Positions 1 through 7,356 of a stretch of DNA of 9,096 nt are shown here, in pieces. Under the pieces are notes generated by a model. It did no database searches. It was not told the origin of the DNA and saw nothing but the letters and a program-made list of their open reading frames with translations. Position 1 is the stretch's first letter. Each line of letters opens with the position of its first letter. The position numbers and the translations under genes are program-made. Source of the stretch: Nitrososphaerota archaeon (GTDB lineage Archaea > Thermoproteota > Nitrososphaeria > Nitrososphaerales > UBA57). The stretch is from assembly GCA_013378385.1 (NCBI GenBank), contig JACAFS010000040.1, positions 1 to 9,096 on the forward strand. Reading direction: 5' to 3'.

Positions 1-402
1 AGATCTTATCATCAACTAAGAGGTCTTTATTGGGAAAAAAGTAATGAAGGAATACCAAGATTTGTAAGAAGTCAATTAGTAAAAGAGAAAAGATTTGATC
101 CAGAACGTTTACATTTTGAGGATGAATTGTTTTTTGAAGAATTGAGAATTAATTACACTGAAGGAAAGATCAATAGTATGATAATTCACAATGAGGGGTT
201 TGAATTGTATCCGAATTTACGTAAAGCAAGAATTGCGCAAAAACAAAGTAAGAGTCATAAAGTTAATTCATCATTTAGATTAGATATCAAGACAATCATT
301 GTAGAAACGCCAATTACTTTACTTCCAGGAGTAATTTTCATATTAGGATTAAGAACTATTGCAAAGAGAATATTACCAGTTGAATCGGGAACTTCAAGAT
401 AA
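1..402 (+). CDS. hypothetical protein, 3' fragment (5' end lies upstream of the window)
   Basis: Frame 1 is open from base 1 to TAA at 400-402, so the track ORF 127..402 (TTG-initiated) is only the tail of a frame entering from upstream. The translation (RSYHQLRGLYWEKSNEGIPRFVRSQLVKEKRFDPERLHFEDELFFEEL...) has normal mixed composition and the local codon bias. No family motif recognised. It ends in a hydrophobic stretch (ITLLPGVIFILGL) followed by basic residues. Confidence 0.5.
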   Translation, partial: RSYHQLRGLYWEKSNEGIPRFVRSQLVKEKRFDPERLHFEDELFFEELRINYTEGKINSMIIHNEGFELYPNLRKARIAQKQSKSHKVNSSFRLDIKTIIVETPITLLPGVIFILGLRTIAKRILPVESGTSR

Positions 403-411
403 TCATTTGGG

Positions 412-418
412 TTAAATA
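412..418 (+). promoter_or_regulatory. TATA-like box upstream of the thioesterase gene
   Basis: TTAAATA is centred about 27 bp upstream of ATG 442. This spacing fits an archaeal TATA-to-TSS distance and implies a leaderless or near-leaderless mRNA. AT-rich background makes chance matches common. Confidence 0.3.
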
Positions 419-441
419 CAAAGATTTTAGAAGGAATATTA

Positions 442-933
442 ATGAAAGGAAAAACAGTAAAAGAATCGGCAATTACTTCGTCACATTTAATGTTGATAAA
501 ACACTCAGGAAATTTTATTTTCGATGCAGGGAAGACAATTCCAATGGTTCATGGAGGAATACTTATGACATTAATGGATGAGATAGCTGGAATGGTGGCA
601 ACTAAACATTCTGGAACACAAGTAGCGACAGCATGCATAGACATGCAGTTTGTTTCTCCAGCATTCGCAGGCAATAGAATGATTTTGAAATCGTCTGTAA
701 ACTATACTACAAAGACTTCAATGGAGATAGGAATAAGAATTGAAGCAGAAGATATGAAAAATGGAACAGTAAAGCATACTAATTCGTGTTATTTAGTTGC
801 AGTAGCAATAAATGATGCAGGAAAACCTATGGAAATACCAGCAATAATACCCGAAACTGAAGATGAGAAAAGGCGTTTTAATGATGCCAAAATTAGAAAT
901 GAAGAAAGATTGAGGAAAAGAATAAAAAATTAA
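442..933 (+). CDS. acyl-CoA thioesterase / hydrolase, hotdog fold (4HBT/YciA-like)
   Basis: 163-aa ATG-initiated ORF. It carries the signature MVHGGILMTLMDEIAGMVA, which is the HGG...D..A region typical of hotdog acyl-CoA hydrolases. The size fits a single hotdog domain, and there is a K/R/E-rich C-terminal tail. Confidence 0.8.
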   Translation: MKGKTVKESAITSSHLMLIKHSGNFIFDAGKTIPMVHGGILMTLMDEIAGMVATKHSGTQVATACIDMQFVSPAFAGNRMILKSSVNYTTKTSMEIGIRIEAEDMKNGTVKHTNSCYLVAVAINDAGKPMEIPAIIPETEDEKRRFNDAKIRNEERLRKRIKN

Positions 934-935
934 AC

Positions 936-2150
936 TTACTTACTAATTACTCGTTGAATTTCTTCAATATCAGATGAGACTTCAGTTGGTTTTTCTACGA
1001 ATTTAGTAATAATATCAGGATCTTTAAGACCGTGGCCAGTAGCTATGCATACTACTTCTTCATCACTAGAGATAGTTCCTTGACGGAGTAGCTTTTTCAA
1101 AGCAGCTATCGGAGCTGCGCTAGCAGGTTCTATAAATAATCCTTCAAGTTTTGCTAAATTCATCTGGCCATCAAGTATTTCCTTATCTGAAACAGTTGTC
1201 GCTAGACCTTTAGAATCATAAATTGCGCGTAGAGCTTTTTTCCAACTTGCAGGAGCTCCAATTCTAATGGCAGTAGCTAGTGTTTCCGGTTTTTGAACAT
1301 TATTTACTTCCATTTTTCCTTCAGAAAATGCTGTAGAAATAGGAGCGGATCCTTCAGCTTGAACGCCAACAAGTTTAGGAAGTTTGTTGATTATTCCTAA
1401 CTGATAGAATTCAGAAAGTCCTTTCCAAATCGCACTAACATTTCCCGCATTGCCTACTGGAACAATTATCCAATCAGGAATATGACCTAGTTGCTCAAAT
1501 ATTTCGAAAACAATAGTTTTCTGTCCTTCTAATCTGAAGGGATTAATTGAATTAACTAAATAAATATCATTATATTTGCTAGATAATTTCATAACTACTT
1601 CAAGACATTTATCAAAATTTCCATCAATTTGTAATACATGAGCACCGCAAATCATTGCTTGAGATAATTTTCCATATGCAACTTTTCCAGATGGTATTAG
1701 TACAATTCTTTTTAGTCCACCACGAGCTCCATATGCGGCAAGAGATGCAGATGTATTACCGGTAGATGCACAAGTAATAATTTTAGCACCGAGTTGTTTA
1801 GCTTTGGTTACTGCAACGGTCATACCTCGATCCTTAAAAGACGCAGTAGGGTTATCTCCTTCATTTTTAATGTGTAAGTTATCAATTCCAAAAAAGCTGG
1901 AAAGCTTTTTAGAATTATGTAACCTAGTTCCGCCTTCTTTAAGTGTAACTCGTTCTACATTTTGATCTATAGGTAAGAAATCTTGATATTTCCAAACGGA
2001 CAATGGAGCGTCGCGCCACTTTGAATCAAGATTATTTGAAATCTTATTCAAATCATATTGAACTTCAAGTAAATCATTACATTTAGAACAATTATACATT
2101 ATTGCATCAAGGTCAAATAATGAAGAACAATTAATACATTTTAGATTCAT
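936..2150 (-). CDS. thrC: threonine synthase (PLP-dependent)
   Basis: 404 aa. The PLP-lysine motif is SFKDRGMTVAV, with STGNTSASLAAY and VPVGNAGNVSA motifs typical of threonine synthase. The N-terminus has a CxxC-x12-CxxC zinc ribbon (CINC...CSKC), as seen in archaeal/thermophile-type enzymes. The start ATG overlaps the thrB stop by 1 nt. Confidence 0.95.
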   Translation of the reverse strand: MNLKCINCSSLFDLDAIMYNCSKCNDLLEVQYDLNKISNNLDSKWRDAPLSVWKYQDFLPIDQNVERVTLKEGGTRLHNSKKLSSFFGIDNLHIKNEGDNPTASFKDRGMTVAVTKAKQLGAKIITCASTGNTSASLAAYGARGGLKRIVLIPSGKVAYGKLSQAMICGAHVLQIDGNFDKCLEVVMKLSSKYNDIYLVNSINPFRLEGQKTIVFEIFEQLGHIPDWIIVPVGNAGNVSAIWKGLSEFYQLGIINKLPKLVGVQAEGSAPISTAFSEGKMEVNNVQKPETLATAIRIGAPASWKKALRAIYDSKGLATTVSDKEILDGQMNLAKLEGLFIEPASAAPIAALKKLLRQGTISSDEEVVCIATGHGLKDPDIITKFVEKPTEVSSDIEEIQRVISK

Positions 2151-3088
2151 TAGTTTATCACATGAGCTCCTTTTCCAATTTTAGTAAGGATTACAGAAGA
2201 ATCATAACCTGCAGATTTAAATTGTTTTTTAAAACATTGCTTGATTTTAGGAATAGATGTTTTGGCATCTAGAAATGATATAACTGAAGGGCCAGCGCCA
2301 CTAATAGTAACACCCAATGCACCGATTTTTAATAATTCAGATTTGAGTTTGTAATAGTTTGGAATTGTACTAAAACGAGCAGGTTCAACAATATTATCAT
2401 TCATTGATTTACCAATAAGACGTTTATTTCCGGTTGAGAATCCTGCAACCATCATCGCTGCATACGATACATTACTAACAGAATCAGTGAATTTTACTTT
2501 AGATGGAATTAATTTTCTAGCTTTACCAGTTTTTTTTGCAACAGACTTGACTTTAGGAATTCCTATACATACATGTAGGTTTTTTGGAGGCGAAAATGAA
2601 ACAATATCTTCGCAAGTAGATGAATTGATTACAACAAATCCTCCAAATAATGAGCCGGCTACATTATCTGCATGACTAATTCCTGCAGAAGCCACCTCAC
2701 CACTAGCTGCAAATTTGAGTTTCTCTTCGTCTGTTAATTTTAGAGAGAATAATTTGTTCATTCCAACAGTTACAGCAGCAGCTGTAGCAGCACTACTTCC
2801 AAGTCCTTTACCCGGAGTAACACCTTTCTTTACAATCATGTTTATCCCTTGTAAATTAAATTCTTTAATAATATTAATCGCAACAATTCCACCAGTATGT
2901 TTCTTGGGATCATTTGGTATTCCAGTCTTAAGTCCAAGATTTTTTATTGTAATTCCTGGATTTTCGCTTTTAGTAATTTTTACAGTATCATATAGATTGT
3001 CTAAAGCTATTGCAAAACAGTCAAAGCCTGAACCAAGATTTGCACTAGATGCAGGCCCAATAGCAGTAACATCCTTGATTTTTTTCAA
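2150..3088 (-). CDS. thrB: homoserine kinase (GHMP kinase family)
   Basis: 312 aa. The N-terminal motif is GPASSANLGSGFD, GHMP motif II is PGKGLGSSAATAAAV, and motif III is SGAGPSV. The start is TTG (complement of 3086-3088). An in-frame stop lies 3 codons upstream, and the next ATG would delete the conserved N-terminal motif. Confidence 0.93.
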   Translation of the reverse strand: MKKIKDVTAIGPASSANLGSGFDCFAIALDNLYDTVKITKSENPGITIKNLGLKTGIPNDPKKHTGGIVAINIIKEFNLQGINMIVKKGVTPGKGLGSSAATAAAVTVGMNKLFSLKLTDEEKLKFAASGEVASAGISHADNVAGSLFGGFVVINSSTCEDIVSFSPPKNLHVCIGIPKVKSVAKKTGKARKLIPSKVKFTDSVSNVSYAAMMVAGFSTGNKRLIGKSMNDNIVEPARFSTIPNYYKLKSELLKIGALGVTISGAGPSVISFLDAKTSIPKIKQCFKKQFKSAGYDSSVILTKIGKGAHVIN

Positions 3089-3216
3089 TATATGCTAGTA
3101 ATGTTTGAATAATATAATAATATATTCATATTTTACTCATAATATATCGTGAAAATTCAACATATTAAAGAAATTTTTAATATGTTCGAACAGGTAGATT
3201 AAGAAGGAATAATGAA
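3089..3216. promoter_or_regulatory. divergent intergenic control region between thrB-thrC (minus) and hom-lysC-asd (plus)
   Basis: This 128-bp, extremely AT-rich non-coding gap is flanked by two outward-facing TTG start codons. It holds several TATA-like stretches (aatataataatatatt 3110-3125, cataatatat 3138-3147, tttttaatat 3174-3183). Confidence 0.65.
3159..3186. promoter_or_regulatory. perfect 11-bp inverted repeat with 6-bp spacer (candidate operator and/or back-to-back TATA boxes)
   Basis: The left arm is AACATATTAAA (3159-3169), the spacer is gaaatt, and the right arm is TTTAATATGTT (3176-3186). The arms are exact reverse complements. The right arm ends 30 bp upstream of the hom TTG start. 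The repeat itself is certain. Its function is inferred. Confidence 0.5.
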
Positions 3217-4227
3217 TTGAGAACGATATTAATTGGATTAGGAACTATTGGTCAGAGTTATTGTCAATTACTGGAAAATAGGAAAGAAGATCTATTAACA
3301 AATTATGGAATTGATTCGAAAATTGTTGCTGTTGCAGATTCAAAAGGAGTGGCAATAGATGAAAAAGGAATAAACATAAGCGACATACTCAGTGTAAAGA
3401 AAAATAACAAGTCGGTTTCAGAACTTTCTATTGGAGATAAGAGTAAAACATCAATTGATTTAATTGAGGAAATTGATGCTGAATTATTAGTGGATGCAAC
3501 GCCAACCAACATACAAGATGGAGAACCGTCAGCTAGTCTATTAGAGAGTGCAATGAAAACAAAGAAGAATATAATTACAGCAAATAAAGGTCCGTTAGCA
3601 CTTGCGTTTTCGTCAATAGTAGAAAAAGCAGATTATAACAATGTAATTTTAAAGTATAGTGCAACAGTTGGTGGTGGCACCCCAGTATTAGAATTCGGAA
3701 GAAAATGTTTGGAAGCAGATAAAATATTAGAGATGCATGCAATATTGAACGGTACAACCAACTATATACTAACTGAAATGGATGATAGAGGGTTAAGTTT
3801 TCAAGATGCATTAAAAGAAGCGCAAGAACTAGGATATGCAGAAACTGATCCAACATTAGACGTTGATGGATTTGATGCTGCGGCAAAATTAGTCATAATG
3901 GGCAATTTATTGTTGGGTAAAGAACTAGTATTAAATGATCTGAAAATAGACGGAATACGAGACATAACGCAAAAAGATATTACTAAGGCAAAAGATAATG
4001 GAAATACTATAAAATTGATTGCGAGTGTGAATAATATGGCAAAAGTTGAACCAGTAGTAATACCTAAAGATGATCCTATGTCAGTAGCTGGAGCTTTGTG
4101 TTCAGTAAAATTTGTTTCAGAATTTGCCGGTGAAGAAATAATAATAGGAAAAGGCGCAGGCGGAATGGAAACGGCGAGTGCAATGATTAGAGATTTAGTT
4201 GAAATCAAACAGAATATGAGGGTTTAG
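3217..4227 (+). CDS. hom: homoserine dehydrogenase (short form, no C-terminal ACT domain)
   Basis: 336 aa. The Rossmann motif GLGTIGQS sits at residues 7-14. Other motifs are ANKGPLA, YSATVGGGTPVL, ILNGTTNYILTEM and AQELGYAETDPTLDVDGFDAAAKLVIM, all classic homoserine dehydrogenase blocks. The start is TTG at 3217-3219. An in-frame TAA lies at 3178-3180 with no ATG or GTG between. Confidence 0.93.
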   Translation: MRTILIGLGTIGQSYCQLLENRKEDLLTNYGIDSKIVAVADSKGVAIDEKGINISDILSVKKNNKSVSELSIGDKSKTSIDLIEEIDAELLVDATPTNIQDGEPSASLLESAMKTKKNIITANKGPLALAFSSIVEKADYNNVILKYSATVGGGTPVLEFGRKCLEADKILEMHAILNGTTNYILTEMDDRGLSFQDALKEAQELGYAETDPTLDVDGFDAAAKLVIMGNLLLGKELVLNDLKIDGIRDITQKDITKAKDNGNTIKLIASVNNMAKVEPVVIPKDDPMSVAGALCSVKFVSEFAGEEIIIGKGAGGMETASAMIRDLVEIKQNMRV

Positions 4228-4229
4228 TA

Positions 4230-5618
4230 ATGAAAATAGTCTTAAAATTCGGTGGTACATCAGTAGGAAGTGGCAAGAAGATAATTAATGTCTGTGAGAT
4301 TGTCCAGAAAGTAAAGAAAAACAATCAAGTAATCGTAGTTTCTTCTGCATTGCAATCAACAACAGATGAATTATTAGAATTATCTGAAAACGCAAAGAAA
4401 GGACAGGTTAATAAAAAAATTATTAATGACATAGTACAAAGACATCAAGATGCAATTAAAGACATAATTCAAGATAAGAAAATTCAAGATGAAGTTTTTG
4501 AAGAGGTATCAAGTTTAATAAAAGATTTAGAAAAAACAGTAGAAGGAGTAATTATAGTAAAAGAACTAAGTGATAAAACAAAAGATAAAATAGTTTCATT
4601 TGGAGAACGGTTAGCTGTGCCAATAATTTCTGCCAAACTCAGAGATATGGGAATAAAATCAGAATCTTTTACAGGCGGTGAAGTAGGAATTATGACAGAT
4701 GAGAATTTTGGAAATGCATCGCCATTAATGAAAGTTACTCAACATAATGTTAAGAATAATTTATCGAACTTACTAGAAGAGACAGTACCCGTTATTACTG
4801 GATTTATTGGAGCAACACAACAGGGAGATATATCTACAATAGGAAGAGGTGGATCAGATTTTTCAGCCTCATTAATTGGAATGTGTTTAAGTGTGGATGA
4901 GATATGGTTTATGACGGATGTGGATGGATTGTTAACAGCGAATCCGAACATATATCCGAATGCAAAAACTATACCACAACTTTCGTATGATGAGGCAGTA
5001 GAAATGGCTACAATGGGTGCAAAGGGAATGCATGCAAGAGCTTTAGAACCCGCCAAGACCGCAAACATCCCTGTGAGAATTAAAAATACATTTAGACCAG
5101 ACGTAAGTGGAACTTTGATTAATGATCAAATAATTGTAAAACCAGAGGAAATTACAAAAGCTGTAGCTTCACTGAATGGTTTAGCAATGATAACAGTTGC
5201 AGGTATGAACATGGTAGGAAATCCAGGAACTGCAGGTGAAATGTTTGGTATGCTAGGGCGCAACAAGATAAATATAATAATGATTTCTCAGAGTATTTCT
5301 GAAGCAAATATAACCTTTCTGATTAGACATGAAGATTTGAGAAAAGCTGTAAGTGTACTTCAAGTTAGTTTGTTAGGAAAGAGCGGAGTAACAAATGTAA
5401 CGTCAGATGATGAAGTATGTGTAATATCAATTGTAGGTGCAGGAATGAAGGGTACGAGTGGAGTTGCAGCAAAACTATTTAATGCAATTTCGAAAGTTGA
5501 TATAAATGTACAAATGATAGCACAAGGCTCTTCTGAACAGAACATATCATTCGTAATACATGAATCTGATTCTAAAGCAGCGATTGAAGCAATTCATAAA
5601 GAATTTAACATGGATTAA
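4230..5618 (+). CDS. lysC: aspartate kinase with two C-terminal ACT domains
   Basis: 462 aa. Motifs are KFGGTSVGS, VIVVSSA, TIGRGGSDFSASLIG, WFMTDVDGLLTANPN and EMATMGAKGMHARAL. The C-terminal half has two ACT-like repeats (ITVAGMNMVGNPGTAGEMF and ISIVGAGMKGTSGVAAKLF). The ATG lies 2 nt after the hom stop. Confidence 0.95.
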   Translation: MKIVLKFGGTSVGSGKKIINVCEIVQKVKKNNQVIVVSSALQSTTDELLELSENAKKGQVNKKIINDIVQRHQDAIKDIIQDKKIQDEVFEEVSSLIKDLEKTVEGVIIVKELSDKTKDKIVSFGERLAVPIISAKLRDMGIKSESFTGGEVGIMTDENFGNASPLMKVTQHNVKNNLSNLLEETVPVITGFIGATQQGDISTIGRGGSDFSASLIGMCLSVDEIWFMTDVDGLLTANPNIYPNAKTIPQLSYDEAVEMATMGAKGMHARALEPAKTANIPVRIKNTFRPDVSGTLINDQIIVKPEEITKAVASLNGLAMITVAGMNMVGNPGTAGEMFGMLGRNKINIIMISQSISEANITFLIRHEDLRKAVSVLQVSLLGKSGVTNVTSDDEVCVISIVGAGMKGTSGVAAKLFNAISKVDINVQMIAQGSSEQNISFVIHESDSKAAIEAIHKEFNMD

Positions 5619-5636
5619 TCGTTCAAATAACAATAC

Positions 5637-5644
5637 TTTTAAAT
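5637..5644 (+). promoter_or_regulatory. TATA-like box upstream of asd (possible internal promoter)
   Basis: TTTTAAAT is centred about 29 bp upstream of ATG 5670, in the 51-bp gap after the aspartokinase gene. It is followed by a T6 run (5644-5649) that could alternatively act as an oligo-T terminator for the upstream gene. Confidence 0.3.
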
Positions 5645-5669
5645 TTTTTGGGAAATATTTGACAATAAG

Positions 5670-6743
5670 ATGTATAAAGTAGCAATTATAGGTTCTACAG
5701 GAATGGTTGGCCAACAATTTATTTCGAGTTTACAGAATCATCCATGGTTTGAGGTAACATGTTTAGCAGCGTCTGAGAGGTCTGCAGGTAAGAAATATAT
5801 CGATGCAATAAAGAATAGTGCAGGATCTGTTCAGTGGTTTGGAGAAGGAGAAATAAATGAAAATATCAAAGATATGACTGTTAAGAATGTTAACGAAATT
5901 GATCCATCAGAATTTGATATTGCATATTCCGCATTAGAAGCAGGGGCAGCTCAAATTGAATCTAAATTTGCAGAACACATTCCTGTTTTGAGTACAGCGT
6001 CAGCGTATAGATATGAAGAAGATGTACCAATATTAATTCCAGCAGTAAACGATGAACATGTATCACTCTTAGAGAAACAGAAAAAAAGAGGGTGGAAGGG
6101 ATTTGTTGCACCACAAGCTAACTGTACAACAACAGGTCTCGTAATAACATTAAAACCGATTTTGGATGAATTTGGTATTGATTCAGTAGTAATAACTTCA
6201 TTGCAGGCAGTATCAGGTGCAGGAAGAAATCCAGGTGTACCTCTTTTTGATTTAGTTGATAATATAATTCCGTATATTCCAAAAGAGGAAGAGAAGGTAT
6301 CAATTGAATTAAAAAAGATTCTGGGTAATTATGACGGACAGGGCATAGTTGATGCAAAGTATAATGTATCAGCAACATGTACAAGAGTAGGTGTATTAGA
6401 CGGACATACAGAATCAGTATTAGTCAATACGAGAAATAAAGCTGAAGTAGAAGATGTAATTAAAGCGATGAATAAATTTGCTGACTCGCTTGCAGGTAAA
6501 GAACTTCCATCAGCTCCGAAGAAATTAATTACAATACATAAAGATCCTTTTAGGCCACAACCTAGATTGGACAGGGACCTGGAAGAGGGAATGACAACAT
6601 CTGTAGGAAGAATAAGAAAGGATGAAGTGTTTCCAAATGGAATAAAATATGTTTTATTATCTCATAATACAAGAATGGGAGCTGCAAAAGGAGTAGTTCT
6701 TACAAGTGAGATGCTCATAAAATCAAATATAATTAAAAATTAG
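5670..6743 (+). CDS. asd: aspartate-semialdehyde dehydrogenase (archaeal type)
   Basis: 357 aa. The N-terminal NAD(P) motif is VAIIGSTGMVGQQF, the active-site cysteine context is QANCTTTGL, and further motifs are LQAVSGAG and DGHTESV (catalytic His). It is encoded directly after hom and the aspartokinase gene. Confidence 0.9.
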   Translation: MYKVAIIGSTGMVGQQFISSLQNHPWFEVTCLAASERSAGKKYIDAIKNSAGSVQWFGEGEINENIKDMTVKNVNEIDPSEFDIAYSALEAGAAQIESKFAEHIPVLSTASAYRYEEDVPILIPAVNDEHVSLLEKQKKRGWKGFVAPQANCTTTGLVITLKPILDEFGIDSVVITSLQAVSGAGRNPGVPLFDLVDNIIPYIPKEEEKVSIELKKILGNYDGQGIVDAKYNVSATCTRVGVLDGHTESVLVNTRNKAEVEDVIKAMNKFADSLAGKELPSAPKKLITIHKDPFRPQPRLDRDLEEGMTTSVGRIRKDEVFPNGIKYVLLSHNTRMGAAKGVVLTSEMLIKSNIIKN

Positions 6744-6807
6744 ATTTTCGCATAGTTTTTAATTATTATCAATATATTTCATAATATTATGAGGAGAGTA
6801 ATTAGAA

Positions 6808-7284
6808 TTGGAGAAATTTGATGAAATAGATATAATAATTTTAGGGGAATTAACTCAAGAATCAAATATATCAATCCCAAAATTAAGTGAAAAAATCAGT
6901 ATTAATTCTTCAGTAGTCTACAGTAGAATAAACAGATTAGTTAGAAAAGGATTCATAAAAAAATATACATTAGAAGTAGATGAGAATTTATTAGGATATC
7001 CAGTAAAAGCAATGATTGGTTGTAATATAAGTTCAAAACAAAGAGAAACTATTTTAGAAGATATTGAGAACATTGAAGAAACAAGAGAGATAATTGAGAT
7101 TACTGGAAGATTTGATGTATTGATTTGGATAAGTGCTAAATCACTAGATGATTTGCATGAATTAGTATCAAAAAAATTGCCAAAGATAAATGGAATTACA
7201 CATACAGAGGCATTTATTGAGATGAAAAGACGCAAATTAAACTTCGTTTCAAGGATAAATTCAGAGATTAATGAAGAGAAATAA
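6808..7284 (+). CDS. Lrp/AsnC family transcriptional regulator (HTH + RAM/ligand domain)
   Basis: 158 aa. The N-terminal pattern FDEIDIIILGELTQESNISIPKLSEKISINSSVVYSRINRLVRKGFIKKYT matches the Lrp/AsnC HTH. The C-terminus (REIIEITGRFDVLIWISAKSLDDLHELV) matches the RAM domain. The start is TTG at 6808-6810, with an in-frame TAA at 6799-6801 immediately upstream. A GAGGAG purine tract lies at 6791-6796. Confidence 0.9.
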   Translation: MEKFDEIDIIILGELTQESNISIPKLSEKISINSSVVYSRINRLVRKGFIKKYTLEVDENLLGYPVKAMIGCNISSKQRETILEDIENIEETREIIEITGRFDVLIWISAKSLDDLHELVSKKLPKINGITHTEAFIEMKRRKLNFVSRINSEINEEK

Positions 7285-7356
7285 GAGAATAATTAACCAA
7301 ACCGTCTAATTATTTTACACCTATTCCATTAGATTAGATTAATCAATAAATAATAT

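Noticed and set aside
334-402. C-terminal ...TPITLLPGVIFILGLRTIAKRIL... of the first partial ORF as an archaeal C-terminal sorting signal (PGF-CTERM / PEFG-CTERM-like)
   Set aside because: The hydrophobic stretch is short (about 13 residues) and is interrupted by Arg. The PGF/PEFG tripeptide is not matched, and 10 more polar residues follow. This is insufficient to call a sorting signal.
2487-3098. Plus-strand ORFs 2487..2675 (62 aa) and 2715..3098 (127 aa) lying antisense to thrB
   Set aside because: They are entirely embedded opposite a strongly motif-supported gene. Their translations are low-complexity and hydrophobic with no motifs. They are typical shadow ORFs of an AT-rich coding region.
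3303-4208. Minus-strand ORFs 3303..3512, 3575..3886 and 3801..4208 lying antisense to hom
   Set aside because: These are shadow ORFs. The opposite strand carries unmistakable homoserine dehydrogenase motifs, and the translations (L/H/Y- or S/I-rich) look non-protein-like.
4739-5545. Minus-strand ORFs 4739..5068 and 5360..5545 lying antisense to the aspartokinase gene
   Set aside because: They have the same shadow-ORF character, and no start context or motif supports them.
5670-6743. The asd homologue as a possible malonyl-CoA/succinyl-CoA reductase of the 3-hydroxypropionate/4-hydroxybutyrate cycle. In Sulfolobales that enzyme is an ASADH paralogue.
   Set aside because: The gene sits directly after hom and the aspartokinase gene in a complete threonine-pathway cluster, and it retains canonical ASADH Cys/His contexts. 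Sequence alone gives no reason to prefer the CoA-reductase role. Deciding this would need phylogeny against characterised reductases and enzyme assays.
7288-7314. Inverted repeat AATAATTA-n11-TAATTATT followed by TT just after the Lrp/AsnC stop, as a terminator hairpin
   Set aside because: The stem is pure A/T and only 8 bp, with an 11-nt loop, so it would be very unstable. Archaeal termination relies mainly on oligo-T tracts, and only a T4 is present. It cannot be distinguished from AT-rich background.
7331-7343. Short direct repeat agattagattaat (TAGAT x2) upstream of the HExxH gene as a regulatory iteron
   Set aside because: There are only two 5-bp units in an AT-rich spacer, and there is no second copy elsewhere in the window. 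It is not statistically distinguishable from chance.
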